Made by a program: the position numbers and the translations under genes
From: Octopus sinensis
Lineage: Eukaryota
Assembly (NCBI RefSeq): GCF_006345805.1
Contig: NC_043018.1
Span: forward strand, 11,222,001-11,286,000
Direction: 5' to 3'
Length of the DNA: 64,000 nucleotides
Notes under the pieces: generated by a model
What the model was told of the DNA's origin: nothing
Databases searched by the model: none
Seen by the model: only the letters and a program-made list of their open reading frames with translations
Shown: positions 60,470-64,000 of the stretch, one piece after another
How the letters are laid out: each line of letters opens with the position of its first letter
Position numbering within the stretch: position 1 is the first letter of the stretch

Positions 60470-61642
60470 TTAAGGTACGAAATTGGTAGAAACATTAAAG
60501 CATCAGGGAAAATGCTTAGCACCATTTGTTCCAGCTCTTTCAGTTTTTTGTTCAAATCTCATCAAGGTCTGCTTTGCCATTCATCCCTCTGTCAAGTACT
60601 AACCACTCTGAGGTGGTGGTCAACTGAATTGATAGGAAGTTGGGCATACTACTTTGCAGTATTTGTTCCAACACTTTATGGTCTGAGTGCCAAGATGACT
60701 ATGGTGGACTTGTCCCTGTCTAGCTGACAAGCTGGTATCTTGTAAAAATATTAGAAAGAAGGCAACAGGAAAGCACTTAGGTTTTTCCCATGAAAATTCT
60801 AGGATAATAATACAGCCCTTGTCAAGGAAGTCACCAGGAACCATTTTAAAACCTGATGGCAGAGAGAGAGAGATGGATAAGAGTAATGGATATATTCTTT
60901 AAGGTCTGTTAAGAATGGTTGAGTGCAATTTGAGGGAGATTTGCTGCTATTTTTGGTTGATCCAGTAACCATTTAGAGACTATCTTGCCTAGTATTAGAG
61001 ATAGGCGCTGTTGATTGTAGAAAGGAGGAGGGGAAATTGTGGGTGGTAATGTGATCGATGCGATATGGGGAAAATGTGTGAAGCAGAGAATCAGTGATCA
61101 GGTTGTAGATCGACAACGGAATTTTTGATACTTAATATAGCATGTAAGGCTGTTCACACCATAAACCAAAAGTGAATATAACAAACACACACATATACAT
61201 ACATACATACGTATATACATATATATGTATGTATTAATGTTTGTGTGTGTGTGTCTGTATACACATACACAGACTCACATATATATATATCAATATATAT
61301 ATATATATGTATGTATGTATGTAAGTGTTTGAAATGGCTCTCAAGTCTTAGATCAAGTCGCCAGACAAGTACAACTCAGAAAAAAAAGAAAAGTTTTTTT
61401 ATTCTTTTGTACTGACTGAAGGTGACAGGGAGGAGGAGGAGGTAGTAGCAATTGTGTAATAAGTAACTTAGAGTTTATACCTGAGACACTGAAAAGAAGT
61501 AATTGAAAGCTCACACATACGTACACATAAACAGGTCAAACCAGTGGCTCCGAACCATGTTTAGTCTACGCTCCTCCACTCCCCCTCTCACACATGCGTT
61601 AACCATCTGTGTCCTGTGACTCTAATGCAAACTTATATCTGT

Positions 61643-61675
<33 letters not shown>

Positions 61676-62344
61676 TGCACACGCATACATGGTTTCTACT
61701 AATCTAGCAAGCAGACCCTGACAGAATTTCCATGCCCTGATTAGCAGCAATATAAAAGCTATTATTCAACATGAAACTCACTCTGGTATCCCTAAATTAG
61801 ACTGCTTTACCCAGACAATTCAAAGATTGGACTCCATGTAAATTCTCTTCTCCTCCTCCCCCACCTTCCCACACTCTCCTTTCATCTGTTCACACTTGCT
61901 CTCCATTGGTGAGTAACCTCCTCTCTTTCTTCAGCTCCAACAGAGAGGTGGATGCAGTTTATAAATAGGGACGAATGTTGGATTTGTTTGTTTTAATGCA
62001 GAATAAATGGACTTAAGGGACAATTTTTAAAATTGGTCTCCTTGAAGCATGGCTGTGTGCTTAAGAAGTTTGCTTTGCAACTGCCTAGTTCCCAGTTCAG
62101 TTCCACTTGGGAAAGTATTTTCTGTTATACCTTCAAGTCGACTCATAGCATGTAATGAGAATTTGGCAGATGGAAAGTGTAGAAGTCCATCATGTGTGTG
62201 TGTTTTATGTCCCTTTTTGTCCCATAATATAGCAGTTCAACTAATAGAAAATGATAAAATAGGTACTAATAGTGAGGTCAATAGGATGGACTAAACCCTT
62301 GAAAGAAGTGCCCTAGTTTGGCCATAAGCCAATGATTGAAACTA

Positions 62345-63577
62345 TTGGGTTGGCAACTAAGTTCCCGCAGTTTTTTTTTAATTTAAATTTTTTTAAAAGG
62401 TTTAATAAAAAATAACAACTAATTAATCAATAATGTATTCACCCTTGTTGTTTACAACTTCCTCCCAACGGTTGACAAGATTTTCAATACCTCGTTGGTA
62501 GAAATCCCCCGATTTCGACTTGAAAAATTGATCCAACCAAGCTCTCAATTCTGCATCAGTATTGAATGAAACACCATGCATAGCATTTGAAAGAGATCGA
62601 AAGAGGTGGAAATCCATTGGTGCCAAATCAGGAGAGTACGGCGAGTGTGGCAGCACTTCCCAGCCATGCGTTTGAATAGCATATTGGCAATGAGGGCAGG
62701 CGTTGTCGTGCAGCAAAAGAACTCCATGTTGCCAGTTGGTTCTTTTCTCTTGAATAGCCGTGTTGAGTCGTTCCATCTGCTGAACATAGAGTTCCGCGTG
62801 GACCGTTTGGTTCTGTTCAAGCAATTTGTAATGGATAATCCCTTCCCAGTCCCACCATACGCACAACATTGTTATACGCGGATGAAGATCTTATTTCACG
62901 CACGATGTCGCTTGTTTACCGGGGCTCAGCCATTCCTTGCGCTGCTTCATATTGATGTTCAGGCACCATTTTTCATTGCCAGTAACGATTCAGTAAAGAA
63001 ATCGTTGAGTTGAGCGGTGACAAGCAAGCAGACCAGCAGAGATTGTGGCTTGTTGATTTTTGTTGTTATCACCTAAAGCATGCAGAACCCATGCTCCATA
63101 CTTCTAAACCTTTCCCATCGAGTGAAGATGCTTCTCTATAGCAGTGTGGGAGTATTCCATTTTCTCTGCCAGTTCCCTTGTTGTTTGTGCAAAAGTTGGT
63201 TTAATCGCTCTTCATTGAACTCAACTGGACAACCAGAACAAGGTGCATCTTTGAGGTCAAAATTTCCATTTTTGAACTTGGCATACCAATCATGAGCGGT
63301 TCTTTCAGCTATGGCACCCTCTCCATACACAGCACAAATGTCACAAGCAGTTTTTGCAGCCTTAGAACCTTGATTAAAAGCGAAAAGAAGGTGTCAAAAA
63401 TGCTCGTTCTTCTTAACTTGACATTCCATTTTAATGATCTGAAACTAAGCAAATATTAACTAAAATTAACTAGGAAAAAAAAACAAAATATATTCCAAAA
63501 TGATTCAAAAATAGAATTCTTGAAAAAAATAGATTCCAAAATTTAAAAAAACGGTGGGAACTTAGTTGCCAACCCAA
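62345..63577 (-). mobile_element. Near-full-length mariner (DD34D type; TIR resembles the mellifera subfamily), transposase disrupted
   Basis: TA|ttgggttggcaactaagttccc ... gggaacttagttgccaacccaa|TA; WYAKFKNGNFDLKDAPCSG; LCVWWDWEG...LLHDNACPH...HSPYSPDLAPMDFHLF...NNKGEYIID. Confidence 0.93.
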
Positions 63578-64000
63578 TAGAAAAAAGAGTAAAAGAACAA
63601 ATTTTCAGTGTTTTGAGATATGTATGTAAATAGGTATATAGATATATATTTATACATGTTTTTAAAAATATAAGAGTGTATAAAATATTTTTATACACAA
63701 AGAGGAGACCATTGACAAGACTCCTTATATGCTAAAAAGGCCAATTAAAACCCAAACCATGTGAAAAGAGAATTCATGAGTCATGCCAATTATAACACTA
63801 GAACGAACAAAAAATTAGTTAATCCTCAAGATATACTTGCTGTTGTTTTCCTGATGGCACCCCTGTGACCCCATTGAGAGCCCATGGCACAGTATGGTCA
63901 AGCCTCAATTATAGTATTGTCAATAGATTTTTTTATTTTATTTCTTGTGAAGCAAATCTTAGAGATTTTTTTTGTCTTTTATTTTTGGAGTAAATCTTCT

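Noticed and set aside
44722-64000. Search for the second RNF41 coding exon
   Set aside because: Not found by eye; it presumably lies beyond the window, and tBLASTn with human RNF41 would confirm or correct this

Overview
AT-rich, repeat-dense animal genomic DNA, most likely an Octopus species. This is inferred from recalled repeat families (tRNA-derived CORE-type and Meta-like SINEs, RTE LINE tails ending in (GAT)n, abundant (TA)n/(CA)n), not from a search. Only one protein-coding exon is recognisable: the first coding exon of RNF41/NRDP1 (+ strand, 44621-44721; CDS 44632-44721, [30 protein letters not shown]). The next RNF41 exon was not found in the remaining 19 kb, so 44722-64000 is probably intron; the upstream 44 kb is probably 5'-UTR intron or intergenic. 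The rest is a nested mosaic of mobile elements: RTE, CR1-like and R4/Dong LINE fragments, several SINE families, mariner/Tc1/maT, piggyBac, hAT and Penelope-like remnants. Almost all supplied ORFs are microsatellite or transposon artefacts. The best unexplained signals are (1) a complete canonical type I hammerhead ribozyme fold in sense orientation in the RNF41 intron (48651-48694), (2) a variant hammerhead at 4842-4876, (3) a ~470-bp fold-back at 47598-48065, (4) a CpG-rich island with a phase-compatible candidate alternative first exon (~49.8-50.2 kb), and (5) an R4/Dong LINE clustered with short (AAT)n-flanked elements. Boundaries of degenerate repeats are approximate, and many small SINE and RTE-tail fragments are not listed individually.
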